Below are positions 27,529 through 36,149 of a stretch of DNA of 64,000 bases, in pieces (within the stretch, counting starts at the first letter, position 1; each line of letters starts with the position of its first letter). A program made the translations under genes and the position numbers. The stretch is from a virus. The notes beneath the pieces were generated by a model. It was not told the origin of the DNA, did not search any database, and saw only the letters and a program-made list of their open reading frames with translations. The stretch spans positions 32,001 to 96,000 of the IMG/VR virus record IMGVR_UViG_3300001533_003144; one strand, written 5' to 3'.

Positions 27529-28266
27529 ATGCGTAATTTTCTGTTAGTTCTCTTGGTTATGGTTTTATTGCTTGCTCTTGGTGTTTTTGGCGCTTTTTAT
27601 GGGGTTGACTTTAGTTTTATTTTTAATGACATTTCAAACTTTCTTACGGTAGCGGTGCTTCCTGGTTTTATTGCTTGGTCCTCAAAGAATCTTTCTGGAC
27701 ATCTAAAACAGGTAGATTTTAGGATATCTGAGACTACTCGTGAAACTACCGAGAAATATAATAAAGTTGAATCCGGGATAATGTCCTTACAGAAGGATAT
27801 AGGGCACATAAGAACACAAGTGAAGCGAATGGTTAAACTAAAAGATACTAAAGCTTTTTACCGCAGAGAGTTACTTAATACACAAAACTTGTGCTTAGAA
27901 TTTATGAGGTACAACGAAAACCTGTTCAAGTTTGCTTCATTAAAAGGAGACTCTTTCAGGTCTTTTGTGTTGGATGTCCACGATATGGATATTACTGCTG
28001 ATTGTGTAGAGGCCGTTATCCGTTTAGGAATAACGGTATCTGAGGAGATGAGGCAAAAGGGTTGTGCTTTGCTTGGTCAGCCTTTTATGAATGCTTTTTA
28101 TGAGGAGCATTCTGTAGAAGTAGAAAAGTTTCTTAAAGACATTTGCCGGATATTTACCGATCCCGATAATTCTAAACATGAAAGGTTACAAGAACATAGT
28201 GTTCGGTTTTTACGGCAGTTTCTTTCGGCCTTAAATAAGTCTTTTATGGGCTTTCAAAAAAATTAA
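27529..28266 (+). CDS. Membrane protein with two N-terminal TM helices and a coiled-coil
   Basis: Hydrophobic N-terminal segments followed by a soluble helical C-terminus. Confidence 0.55.
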   Translation: MRNFLLVLLVMVLLLALGVFGAFYGVDFSFIFNDISNFLTVAVLPGFIAWSSKNLSGHLKQVDFRISETTRETTEKYNKVESGIMSLQKDIGHIRTQVKRMVKLKDTKAFYRRELLNTQNLCLEFMRYNENLFKFASLKGDSFRSFVLDVHDMDITADCVEAVIRLGITVSEEMRQKGCALLGQPFMNAFYEEHSVEVEKFLKDICRIFTDPDNSKHERLQEHSVRFLRQFLSALNKSFMGFQKN

Positions 28267-28313
28267 ATAAATTCAGTTTCTTATAAAAAAGTTAAGGAAA
28301 TTGAAAATTTCTC

Positions 28314-28342
28314 TTGACATAGGGTTTATAGTCCTTTATCTT
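28314..28342 (+). promoter_or_regulatory. Sigma70-type promoter for the replication block
   Basis: TTGACA (28314-28319), 17-nt spacer, TATCTT (28337-28342), with an A-rich upstream element. Confidence 0.7.
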
Positions 28343-28371
28343 TTAGAGAGTCTATGTTGAATGGGTGTTAA

Positions 28372-28881
28372 ATGAAGCTCTCCAGGGAAGTTAAAAAACA
28401 GATTACAATCCCTCAATACTACAGGTACAAAGGATTACCTTTTCCGGAAAAGGTCGAGAAAGAAGGAGGCTTGTTTTCGTGTCAGATACACGGACCCGAT
28501 CTTAACCCTTCTGCTTTTTACAATCGAAGAGAAGGTACGATGTATTGTTTTGCTTGTGGTTTTTCTGGGGATGTCTTAGCTGTAATTAAAGAACTTGAAG
28601 GGCTTACTTCTTTCCGGGAGGTTTTATCGTTTATCTACATTACTTTTAGGATAGATCCCTCTGAAACTATTATTGAGGAGGATGGAGAAGCTGATTACAA
28701 GGACAAGTTCAGGCAGAGTATTATTGCTGAATTCGAGCCTTTTCTGTGGGAATATATTGATTTAACTCAAGACTTTTCTGTCTTGGAAGATGTGTCTGAT
28801 CTATACTCTATTGAAGATAATACTAAATTTTATAAAGCTATATCACAATTTAAGGAGAAACTAAATGCAAACCGGATTTGA
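28372..28881 (+). CDS. Stand-alone CHC2 zinc-finger (primase zinc-binding domain) protein
   Basis: CQIH...NPSA...YCFACGFSGDV...ELEGLTSFRE; no TOPRIM domain follows. Confidence 0.8.
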   Translation: MKLSREVKKQITIPQYYRYKGLPFPEKVEKEGGLFSCQIHGPDLNPSAFYNRREGTMYCFACGFSGDVLAVIKELEGLTSFREVLSFIYITFRIDPSETIIEEDGEADYKDKFRQSIIAEFEPFLWEYIDLTQDFSVLEDVSDLYSIEDNTKFYKAISQFKEKLNANRI

Positions 28882-29338
28882 TTATGTCTTAAAAGAACAT
28901 CAGCTTACTCTAATCGCAATTGCTAGGCAATATGAGTGGTTGACTTTTTCGTGGGAAGATCTCTATCACGATTTAGTTTTGTATGTGGTAGAGCGGTTAG
29001 ATACCTACAAAGGCAAGATGCTCAATATGAACAGTCTTGTTACTTTGCTTGCTCGAAGGTGCGTGAATGATAAGGTTAAAACCTTTTACAACCGGAAAGA
29101 AAAGATTGCTTATGTGCCTTTCATAGATGATATTTTTAAGGTGTATGCTTTTGAAGATGTTCGTCTTTTAGATATGGATATGCAGCAGATAGATAAAGTT
29201 ATTAAAAGCTTCTTATTAGATTGTGCTTCTATAGGAAAAGCTAAGGCGAGGAAGGTACATTGTCTTACTTCTTTTGAGGCGGACTTCTATCTTGAACAGG
29301 CAAGAGAGTTGTTAAAAGATTATGAGGGTATGGTATGA
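28865..29338 (+). CDS. Sigma-factor-like protein (ECF-type region 2)
   Basis: IARQY...WEDLYHDLVLYVVERLDTY...LVTLLARRCVNDKVK resembles sigma70 region 2; short helical C-terminus. Confidence 0.55.
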   Translation: MQTGFDYVLKEHQLTLIAIARQYEWLTFSWEDLYHDLVLYVVERLDTYKGKMLNMNSLVTLLARRCVNDKVKTFYNRKEKIAYVPFIDDIFKVYAFEDVRLLDMDMQQIDKVIKSFLLDCASIGKAKARKVHCLTSFEADFYLEQARELLKDYEGMV

Positions 29339-29898
29339 CTACTTGTAAAAAATGTAAAGGAAAGGGGTTTATTTTAAACTCGGATAACAGTACATCTTTG
29401 TGTGTATGTCAAAAAACCTTACAATTTAAAAAGGACTTGGAAGATCGTGGCTTCCGGTTAGGTATGATTAAGCCTTGGGATGTTTTAAATTCTCCTGCTG
29501 TTCATAAAATAAAATCTTTGTCTTATAAGGATATTTTTCTTATAGGTAAATCAGGTGAAACTGTTTTTTATTCTTATATGACACATCTTCTTTCAAAGGA
29601 AACCCGTACACGAATCTTTTCCAGTTCGGAACTGACTGAGATATTTCTAAGCAAGGGCTCTGAATACCAGTCTAAACTGTCTTACCTTAGTTTAGGAATA
29701 GTGTTAGGGTTTGATCTGACCAACAGTATTCAGGGAAAAGTTATGGCGGATTTTTTATTCTTCCGGAAATCAAATAAGAACTGGCAGACAGTCTTTTGGT
29801 TGCCTTACAATTCTATGAGGAGGCTGGAAACCGAGTATGGTGATGTTTTTTCGGAATATATTAAAGAAGGTGATTTAAATTTGGTTGAGGTTAAATAA
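29335..29898 (+). CDS. Degenerate DnaC/DnaI-like helicase loader
   Basis: CKKCKGKG...CVC zinc motif; FLIGKSGE at the Walker A position; LETEYG near the C-terminus; adjacent to DnaB. Confidence 0.55.
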   Translation: MTTCKKCKGKGFILNSDNSTSLCVCQKTLQFKKDLEDRGFRLGMIKPWDVLNSPAVHKIKSLSYKDIFLIGKSGETVFYSYMTHLLSKETRTRIFSSSELTEIFLSKGSEYQSKLSYLSLGIVLGFDLTNSIQGKVMADFLFFRKSNKNWQTVFWLPYNSMRRLETEYGDVFSEYIKEGDLNLVEVK

Positions 29899-31364
29899 TG
29901 TCTATTAAACAAGAAAAGGAAACCTTAGAAATACAATTAAAAGATCTGTTGGCTGTAGGGTTCCAATCGAGGTCTTTGGACTATTTACAGCAGTTACTAC
30001 TTATCCGGGAAGATTTTTATGTGAATGCTTATTGGTACACTCTGGTTAATGTTTGTGCCGATGCTATGATCGAGTATCGTACTGAGGAAATGTCCGAAGA
30101 ATTTTTGCTCCGTTTTATTGAAAAGAAGAAACTTTTAGCAGGTCCTCTTTTGGCTTATAAAGATTTTATGGCTATGGAAGTTGAGGCTTTGAGCCTTAAC
30201 AGGTTCAGGCTTGAGGTAGATATTTATATTGAAAATATGTCCAAATATCTGTTTAAAAAGTCTATCTACAACTCACTCAAGAACTGGGACGATAATACCT
30301 ATCCCAGTATAAAATCTAAGATGTTTAAGGATGTGGGTGTTATTGATACTTACAGAGGTACGGGCAGTTTGCCTGAAGGTAACATTAATCAGGATATGGC
30401 TGATGTTCTAATTAACATTGAGGCAGGTAAAGCTCTTACTGATCGTGGGGTACTTACCGGGTTTTCTCACATAGACTCTACAACAGGGGGGTTTATTCCG
30501 GGAGATCTTGTTTTTATTCTTGCTTATACTTCTCAAGGTAAATCTACGATGTTACTTAATACAGGTTACAGTTGTATGCTTAATGGGGGTAACTGTGTTT
30601 ATTTTGTGAATGAGTTACAATACCGTCAGGTCAAGGTCAAGTTTCTTGCTAGGCATACAGCAAACTCGGTGTTCTGGGACGGGCAGCTTAACGGTGTGGC
30701 AACAAAATCACTTGAGCAAGGTACTTTATCCAAGACCGAACTTAAAGTCGTTAAACAGGCAGCGAGGGATATAAGGACAAATAAAAAATATGGTAGAATT
30801 TATGTTGTTCAGTTACCTTCCGGATCATCACTAAACTATATTGAGGCTAAATTGACTTCATTACAGGCCACCTTTCCGGTGGATCTGGTTATTATAGATG
30901 ATTTACGGCTTTGTACTGGTGATCTTAAAGGGGATGATAAGGCGGTATTGAGTAAGGTAGTGGTTGCAGCAAAGAAACTGGCTGTAAACTTTAATCAGGG
31001 TAAAGGTGTTCCAATTTTATCTCCTTGGCAGACAAAACAGGTTTCTTTTGAGGAAGCAAAGAATAAGGGTAGATACCCGATAAATATTGCTTCGGACACT
31101 AATGAAGTTGAGAAACAGGGAGATGTTTTGATATGGTTACTGCAGACAGAGGATCTTAAACGGAAACACCAGATCCTTTCTGGTATTACAAAAAACCGTA
31201 TGGGTTCAACTATAGAATCTTTTGTTCTTATGGAAGAATGGTCTTATAGCTATATGTCTGAGCTTTCCGGGGTAGCTGTTGAAGTTGGTGGTAATACTTC
31301 TCCTGAGATTGAGTCTCCGGAAGAGTTTAAGTTTTTGTTAGATGAGGCTTTAAATATTGATTGA
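29898..31364 (+). CDS. dnaB: DnaB-like replicative helicase
   Basis: GVLTGFSHIDSTTGGFIPGDLVFILAYTSQGKS (Walker A), YFVNE, LVIIDDL, PWQ, KNRMG. Confidence 0.9.
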   Translation: MSIKQEKETLEIQLKDLLAVGFQSRSLDYLQQLLLIREDFYVNAYWYTLVNVCADAMIEYRTEEMSEEFLLRFIEKKKLLAGPLLAYKDFMAMEVEALSLNRFRLEVDIYIENMSKYLFKKSIYNSLKNWDDNTYPSIKSKMFKDVGVIDTYRGTGSLPEGNINQDMADVLINIEAGKALTDRGVLTGFSHIDSTTGGFIPGDLVFILAYTSQGKSTMLLNTGYSCMLNGGNCVYFVNELQYRQVKVKFLARHTANSVFWDGQLNGVATKSLEQGTLSKTELKVVKQAARDIRTNKKYGRIYVVQLPSGSSLNYIEAKLTSLQATFPVDLVIIDDLRLCTGDLKGDDKAVLSKVVVAAKKLAVNFNQGKGVPILSPWQTKQVSFEEAKNKGRYPINIASDTNEVEKQGDVLIWLLQTEDLKRKHQILSGITKNRMGSTIESFVLMEEWSYSYMSELSGVAVEVGGNTSPEIESPEEFKFLLDEALNID

Positions 31365-31372
31365 GGTGTTTT

Positions 31373-31567
31373 ATGAAAAAACTAGACAAGTATCTTTTAA
31401 AACTGGCTAAGGAGATCGGTGTTAATGTTGTTGTTAGGTCTGCTAAGTATCCTGATAAACCTATCTTTAGATTAGAGGTAAGTTCCGATCTTTTAACTCA
31501 GTATAATAGGCAGTGTGATGTTTACCGGTTTTGTAAAAAACACGGGATAAAGATTTTGAATGATTGA
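31373..31567 (+). CDS. Hypothetical protein
   Basis: ATG follows GAGGTG. Confidence 0.55.
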   Translation: MKKLDKYLLKLAKEIGVNVVVRSAKYPDKPIFRLEVSSDLLTQYNRQCDVYRFCKKHGIKILND

Positions 31568-31655
31568 GATAAGCCTATGATTAGATTTGAAAGCCTTGTG
31601 GTAAAGGAGTTTCCCGTAAAGGGGTTTACGCTTGATATAAAATATGGGGTATTAA

Positions 31656-31835
31656 ATGAAAAAAGCTTTAATGACACTGACTATGATAGATGCCTACAAT
31701 CAGATACACGATATGTTTGATACAGGTAAAGGTTGGAGGAAACCTCCTGTAGCTAACAAACCTAAGCAGGGTAAGAAAAGACCTGCTGGGAAAGGTAAAA
31801 AGGCAAAAAAATTTGGTAAAAAGAAGAAGAGGTAA
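31656..31835 (+). CDS. Small highly basic protein (59 aa, not in the ORF track)
   Basis: MKKALMTLTMIDAYNQ...KPKQGKKRPAGKGKKAKKFGKKKKR; probably binds nucleic acid. Confidence 0.55.
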   Translation: MKKALMTLTMIDAYNQIHDMFDTGKGWRKPPVANKPKQGKKRPAGKGKKAKKFGKKKKR

Positions 31836-31840
31836 GTTAA

Positions 31841-32020
31841 ATGCCTTGTAAAAACTGTATGAACATGGGCTGTCCTTTCAGGTGGGTTAGAATCACCATT
31901 AATGGGGTTCTTAGAGATCCTCAGTTTATAGTGGTAAGGCACGAAATGGCTGGTAGGTTTTTGTTTGGTTGTAAGAAATATCTACCTGATGAAGATTTAA
32001 GGGAAGGTTTTAATGGGTAG
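31841..32020 (+). CDS. Small Cys-containing protein (59 aa, not in the ORF track)
   Basis: GAGGT RBS; MPCKNCMNMGCPF...GCKKY, possible zinc binding. Confidence 0.5.
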   Translation: MPCKNCMNMGCPFRWVRITINGVLRDPQFIVVRHEMAGRFLFGCKKYLPDEDLREGFNG

Positions 32021-32339
32021 TTTCGAGTATGTATTATCTTCTTTTATTGAGGATTATGCTGAAGTGTTTAGAGAGGAAAAGGAAAGCGTTCGTACCTATA
32101 GCCAGATGTGGTTATATATTTGCCACTTTACAAAGCTTCTTTATTTTCGGAGCTTTTTTGATAGAGAAACCTTTTCTATTTTTAGTGAGGTTAGACTTCC
32201 TGTTGCAAGCAAACCTCCTATTAATTTGATAGTGTTTATGTTTATAGAATCCTATAAGGAGCGTGTTAGGGGGATACAAAATATCTCAGTTATTTCGGAT
32301 AGAAACATTAGATATTACGGGTTTGATGAAGAAATTTAA
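32013..32339 (+). CDS. Hypothetical protein
   Basis: GGAAGG RBS-like sequence; 108 aa. Confidence 0.5.
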   Translation: MGSFEYVLSSFIEDYAEVFREEKESVRTYSQMWLYICHFTKLLYFRSFFDRETFSIFSEVRLPVASKPPINLIVFMFIESYKERVRGIQNISVISDRNIRYYGFDEEI

Positions 32340-32347
32340 AATTTCTT

Positions 32348-32375
32348 TTGACATTGGGGGCTGGTTTGTTATAAT
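32348..32375 (+). promoter_or_regulatory. Consensus sigma70 promoter with extended -10
   Basis: TTGACA (32348-32353), 16-nt spacer, TGnTATAAT (TATAAT at 32370-32375). Confidence 0.85.
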
Positions 32376-32382
32376 AGTATTA

Positions 32383-32394
32383 GATCTTTGAAAA
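32383..32394 (+). promoter_or_regulatory. boxA-like antitermination element GATCTTTGAAAA
   Basis: Resembles the rrn-leader boxA (TCTTTGAAAA type) and sits at the predicted transcription start. Confidence 0.55.
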
Positions 32395-32397
32395 ATG

Positions 32398-32827
32398 AGT
32401 AGAGCTGAAAAGGGTTCTTCTGGACGATGATTCCAAGAGTCGTGGATGCCAAGAAAGAGAACATTTGTGAGGTAGGCAGGGTTGAGGGCATAGCTGTAAA
32501 GGCTGGTATTGCTTAATTTAAAATTCCTTAACATAATACAGAAGTCCGGAACTGACGAAAGAAGTAGTCAAGTCCTACGGAACAGCAATAGAACAGTAAT
32601 GAAAATCAAGGTAGCACCTTAGTAGGGGGTTTGGTCTGGATACCATCAGCAGTGGTGGAGTAAGATGGGGGGCTTAACGGACGGGAAGTAACTGTTATTT
32701 CTGAACAACAGAATATTGGAGTACCTGAAGCATGAGGAGGATTCCTAGTGAAAAAGTCGGGGAGTGTAAACTTAAAAAGAAAAATCATTCAGACAAGTAG
32801 CGTTGGAGAGTCCTTTTGAGTTCTATT
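32398..32827 (+). ncRNA. Candidate large structured non-coding RNA (~430 nt)
   Basis: No credible + strand ORF; 32398-32420 pairs with 32805-32827 (22 of 23 pairs including G-U); internal hairpins; purine-rich, unlike the T-rich coding DNA. Confidence 0.7.
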
Positions 32828-32841
32828 TATGGAGGTGTGAT

Positions 32842-33621
32842 ATGCGAGTAGTTGTTTCTGTTTGGGCTTCTTATCAAACAAGAGAGCGGTCAGATTTTAA
32901 GGAAGGGACTGTATCGTTAGTTTTTAACGGTGTTCCTTGTAAGGACCGGATTACTGCTGAGATAGTTTCTCAGACTGCTTATATTGCTGATAACAACGGT
33001 AATACACCATTGAACTGGGCTTCCTATTATGGAAACATCGAAATAGTAGAACTACTTTTACAAGCAGGAGCAGACCCGAATATTGCCAATAAAAACGGCA
33101 ATACACCGTTGTACGAGGCTTCCTCTAAGGGTCATAAGGAAGTTGTAGAACTACTTTTACAAGCAGGGGCAGACCCGAATATTGCCGATAACAACGGCAA
33201 TACGCCGTTGAACTGGGCTTCCTATTATGGAAACATCGAAATAGTAGAACTACTTTTACAAGCAGGAGCAGACCCGAATATTGCCAATAAAAACGGCTAT
33301 ACACCGTTGTACTGGGCTTCCTATAATGTACACCACGAGGTTGTAGAATTACTTTTAAAATCAGGAGCAGACCCGAATATTGCCGATAAATACGGCCAAA
33401 CACCGTTATACTGGGCTTCCTATAGGGGGCACCGCGAAATAGTAGAACTACTGTTACAAGCAGGAGCAGACCCGAATATTGCCAATAAAAACGGCAATAC
33501 ACCGTTGTACGAGGCTTCCTCTAAGGGTCATAAGGAAGTTGTAGAATTACTGTTACAAGCAGGGGCAGACCCGAATATTGCCGATAACCTCTTTGGTTTG
33601 GTCTCTTGTATCAGTGAGTAA
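32842..33621 (+). CDS. Ankyrin repeat protein (6 repeats)
   Basis: Six GxTPL...AS..G..E.VELLL..GADPNI units; true start ATG 32842 follows GGAGGTG. Confidence 0.92.
   Translation: MRVVVSVWASYQTRERSDFKEGTVSLVFNGVPCKDRITAEIVSQTAYIADNNGNTPLNWASYYGNIEIVELLLQAGADPNIANKNGNTPLYEASSKGHKEVVELLLQAGADPNIADNNGNTPLNWASYYGNIEIVELLLQAGADPNIANKNGYTPLYWASYNVHHEVVELLLKSGADPNIADKYGQTPLYWASYRGHREIVELLLQAGADPNIANKNGNTPLYEASSKGHKEVVELLLQAGADPNIADNLFGLVSCISE
32981..33588 (+). repeat. Six 99-nt tandem ankyrin-coding repeats
   Basis: Units at 32986, 33085, 33184, 33283, 33382 and 33481; unit 1 nearly equals unit 3, and unit 2 nearly equals unit 6, at DNA level. Confidence 0.95.
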
Positions 33622-33696
33622 ACTTACCGATGAGGAGTATAAAAAAATGTCTGGTAGTGACTTTTTTATTATGGTTATATAGGAGGTGGGGGTATT

Positions 33697-34272
33697 ATGA
33701 AGTGTATTAAAGACTCCCAAGAAAGGTTTGGGGTTATGTCTTATCAAACCCGTATGACAGAAGAGTTTAGTCTGGTTGTTGATCAGGCTGTTGAGTTATT
33801 AGAGCCTGTAGTCCGGGATATAGGTGTTCCTGTTGAGGTAACGACTTTTCTTGTCAATGGAGAGGATTCCGATGAGATGTGTTGCGAGAAGGAAGAATGT
33901 ATTTCAGTTGTAAGGTCTAAGCTTGTTTCAAAATATGGTGAAGATGCTATTGAAGATTACCGCTACTCCAATGATGGAGACCTTGATGTGGTTGAGGGAT
34001 GTAGTCAGTGTGGTTCTCCTTTAAATTCGCATCTTACATGGTGTGAATCCGAACTGGTATATGTTGAAGGTCTGTATGATGAGCGTTTTCGGAAAGAGGG
34101 TTTTGTGCTTTATGCTATTCTGAACAGTATGCCTACCTTTGACAGAGAAATAAAGCCTTGGACACTACAGAAGGGGGGAAAGATTCTTGCCAGTGCTATA
34201 GAGGACCGTGAGGCTTTTTTTCAAAGGGTGTTAGTTGTTGCTCAGAGAGTTAAAAAGGTATTTGGTCGATAA
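33697..34272 (+). CDS. Hypothetical protein with Cys clusters
   Basis: CC...C and CSQCG motifs; AGGAGG upstream. Confidence 0.6.
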   Translation: MKCIKDSQERFGVMSYQTRMTEEFSLVVDQAVELLEPVVRDIGVPVEVTTFLVNGEDSDEMCCEKEECISVVRSKLVSKYGEDAIEDYRYSNDGDLDVVEGCSQCGSPLNSHLTWCESELVYVEGLYDERFRKEGFVLYAILNSMPTFDREIKPWTLQKGGKILASAIEDREAFFQRVLVVAQRVKKVFGR

Positions 34273-34298
34273 TATGAGTTTAAATTGGAGGCATTAAG

Positions 34299-34697
34299 AT
34301 GCAGATGATTATTTTGGTTGTATTGGTATTAGTGGTAATTTTTGAGACAGTTAAATCTGTTGTTGAGATTAAAAAGAAAAACAAAGAAAGCCGTGATTTC
34401 GATTCTCGTTTGACTGAACATCTTTCGGAAACAAGGGTTAGTTTAAATGGTTTCCTTGGTAAAGCTGAGGATCAGATAAATCAGTTTACTGATCATATTA
34501 AGAGTGATGTATTTGATCAGTTTGCTAAAGAGCTTGAAAAGGCTGAACAGGAGAAGTGGAAAGCCATATCCGAGTTGAACTTATATGTTACGGCAATCCG
34601 GTCGCTGGATCCTAACTACCGGAAAAAAATCCAGACAAGGGTTGATGCTATGGTTAATAGATCTAAACAACAGCCGGTACAAAAAGACAAGGGGTAG
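34299..34697 (+). CDS. Membrane-anchored coiled-coil protein
   Basis: N-terminal TM helix; GGAGG RBS. Confidence 0.6.
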   Translation: MQMIILVVLVLVVIFETVKSVVEIKKKNKESRDFDSRLTEHLSETRVSLNGFLGKAEDQINQFTDHIKSDVFDQFAKELEKAEQEKWKAISELNLYVTAIRSLDPNYRKKIQTRVDAMVNRSKQQPVQKDKG

Positions 34698-34700
34698 TTA

Positions 34701-35501
34701 ATGTTGAGAACTAAGCAAGAAATAAAAAATCTTCTTAAAGAGAGAGTTAAGCAGTTAATGGAGACCCGAATAGGTGCGGTGGAAGATGCTCTTAATCTGT
34801 GGGGTAAGGTAGAACACACTGATAAACAATCTTGGTGGTATATACCGCCAAAGGGAGGAAAGCCGCCTAAAGCCTGTATGGTAGCCCACATAGACACGGT
34901 TGACGATGATAGCAGGAGGGTTGTTAAAGATCTGGATGCTGTCCTGTTATTGGATCCCCCTTCCGAGTCGAGTTGTTTAGGGGCAGATGATCGTGCCGGG
35001 GTAGTTGCTTCTACCTTTTTATGGGAACAGAATCCTGAAGTAGCTCTACTTCTTACTAATTATGAAGAGTCCGGTCGTGCGGGGGTTGCTAATTTTTGCG
35101 ATGCTTTTGAATCCCTTGGTATAGATTTTTCGGATCTCAGACTATTTATCTCAATAGACCGTAAAGGTACGCACCATTTTGTGGATTATGCTGGTAATCC
35201 TTATGCGGGGAATGATTGGGTGCGTTCTTTTGGGTGGGAAGAGGAGTACGGGTCTTTTTCAGACATTGCTACTTTACAGCTCCTATTAAAAGTACCTGCA
35301 ATAAATATAGCTACAGGGTATTATCACGAACATACCCTGTACGAACTTTTGGTAATGTCTGAATGGGTTTTTGCTATAGATTTTGTTCAAAAGCTTATAG
35401 ATAATATTGCTGGGTGTCCTGTTTTAAGGATTACTGGTGAAATTGATCCTGATGCTGTTTTTTGTTATGATGATATTTATAGATCTGGTTCCGTATTATA
35501 A
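34701..35501 (+). CDS. M20/M28-family zinc metallopeptidase
   Basis: AHIDTV, LGADDRAGV, EESG, IDR and YYHEHT metal-binding motifs. Confidence 0.85.
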   Translation: MLRTKQEIKNLLKERVKQLMETRIGAVEDALNLWGKVEHTDKQSWWYIPPKGGKPPKACMVAHIDTVDDDSRRVVKDLDAVLLLDPPSESSCLGADDRAGVVASTFLWEQNPEVALLLTNYEESGRAGVANFCDAFESLGIDFSDLRLFISIDRKGTHHFVDYAGNPYAGNDWVRSFGWEEEYGSFSDIATLQLLLKVPAINIATGYYHEHTLYELLVMSEWVFAIDFVQKLIDNIAGCPVLRITGEIDPDAVFCYDDIYRSGSVL

Positions 35502-35524
35502 TATAGATAGGCTTTGGAGGTTTT

Positions 35525-35986
35525 GTGATGGATATGTCTGATTATTTTCAGTTGTTGAGACCCTTTTTTGCTTGGCGTTCCTCTGAGTTCTTGGGGGTTA
35601 AGTTAATACATAAATCAGCTAAACGCCCTAATTATGTGATTTACAGGGGTCTATCCGAGTCAGGTTCTACAAAACATATCCGGATATATGTTCCAAAAAA
35701 AGACGAGGAGGTTATAGTTCCTTTTTCTAAGGGGTGGTATCTCTGGCAATCGTTTGATGAGGTTAAAGCCTCGATAGATTCTGTGGCATTGGGGGTTTTG
35801 CAGGAGATAAGTAAGGATACTTCTTTAATTGAAGCTATTTTACAGAGTATAAATGTGCTGATAATTGAAAACCGGGTTAAAAGCCCTCGGTTGATTTCTC
35901 CGGAAGTGGGTAGGGCTGTTTTAGATTTAATCGATAAAAGTCACCGGAGAGACGAGATTAGGGATATCTCTTCTGATGGGGGTTAA
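35525..35986 (+). CDS. Hypothetical protein
   Basis: GGAGG RBS, 153 aa. Confidence 0.55.
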   Translation: MMDMSDYFQLLRPFFAWRSSEFLGVKLIHKSAKRPNYVIYRGLSESGSTKHIRIYVPKKDEEVIVPFSKGWYLWQSFDEVKASIDSVALGVLQEISKDTSLIEAILQSINVLIIENRVKSPRLISPEVGRAVLDLIDKSHRRDEIRDISSDGG

Positions 35987-36149
35987 TTTGAAAGAGAGAA
36001 TTAGTTTTGGGTTTTTCCCTAGGATTTTTCTTGTAGTACCTACCTTTATTATTAGTTGGACGGACGAGGGGGTTGCTCTAAGCTTGAGTTGGTTATGTTT
36101 AGGTATATCTTTTTTAGTAAAAAAACGCAGGAAATGGGGGTGTAAGTGA
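35976..36149 (+). CDS. Small hydrophobic protein (57 aa, not in the ORF track)
   Basis: MGVNLKERISFGFFPRIFLVVPTFIISWTDEGVALSLSWLCLGISFLVKKRRKWGCK; fills the gap and overlaps the next start (GTGA). Confidence 0.45.
   Translation: MGVNLKERISFGFFPRIFLVVPTFIISWTDEGVALSLSWLCLGISFLVKKRRKWGCK

Noticed and set aside
32398-32827. Identity of the RNA as tRNA cluster, tmRNA, RNase P RNA or self-splicing intron
   Set aside because: I could not recognise a cloverleaf/TTCGA arm, tmRNA tRNA-like ends, the GAGGAAAGUCC RNase P motif or an interrupted host gene, so it is left unassigned.
32803-32841. N-terminal extension of the ankyrin ORF from TTG 32803
   Set aside because: It lies in the 3' arm of the RNA stem and upstream of the GGAGGTG RBS; ATG 32842 is the better start.
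32981-33588. CRISPR array or DGR template/variable repeat pair
   Set aside because: These are contiguous 99-nt ankyrin coding units; no non-coding template copy or reverse transcriptase is seen in the window.
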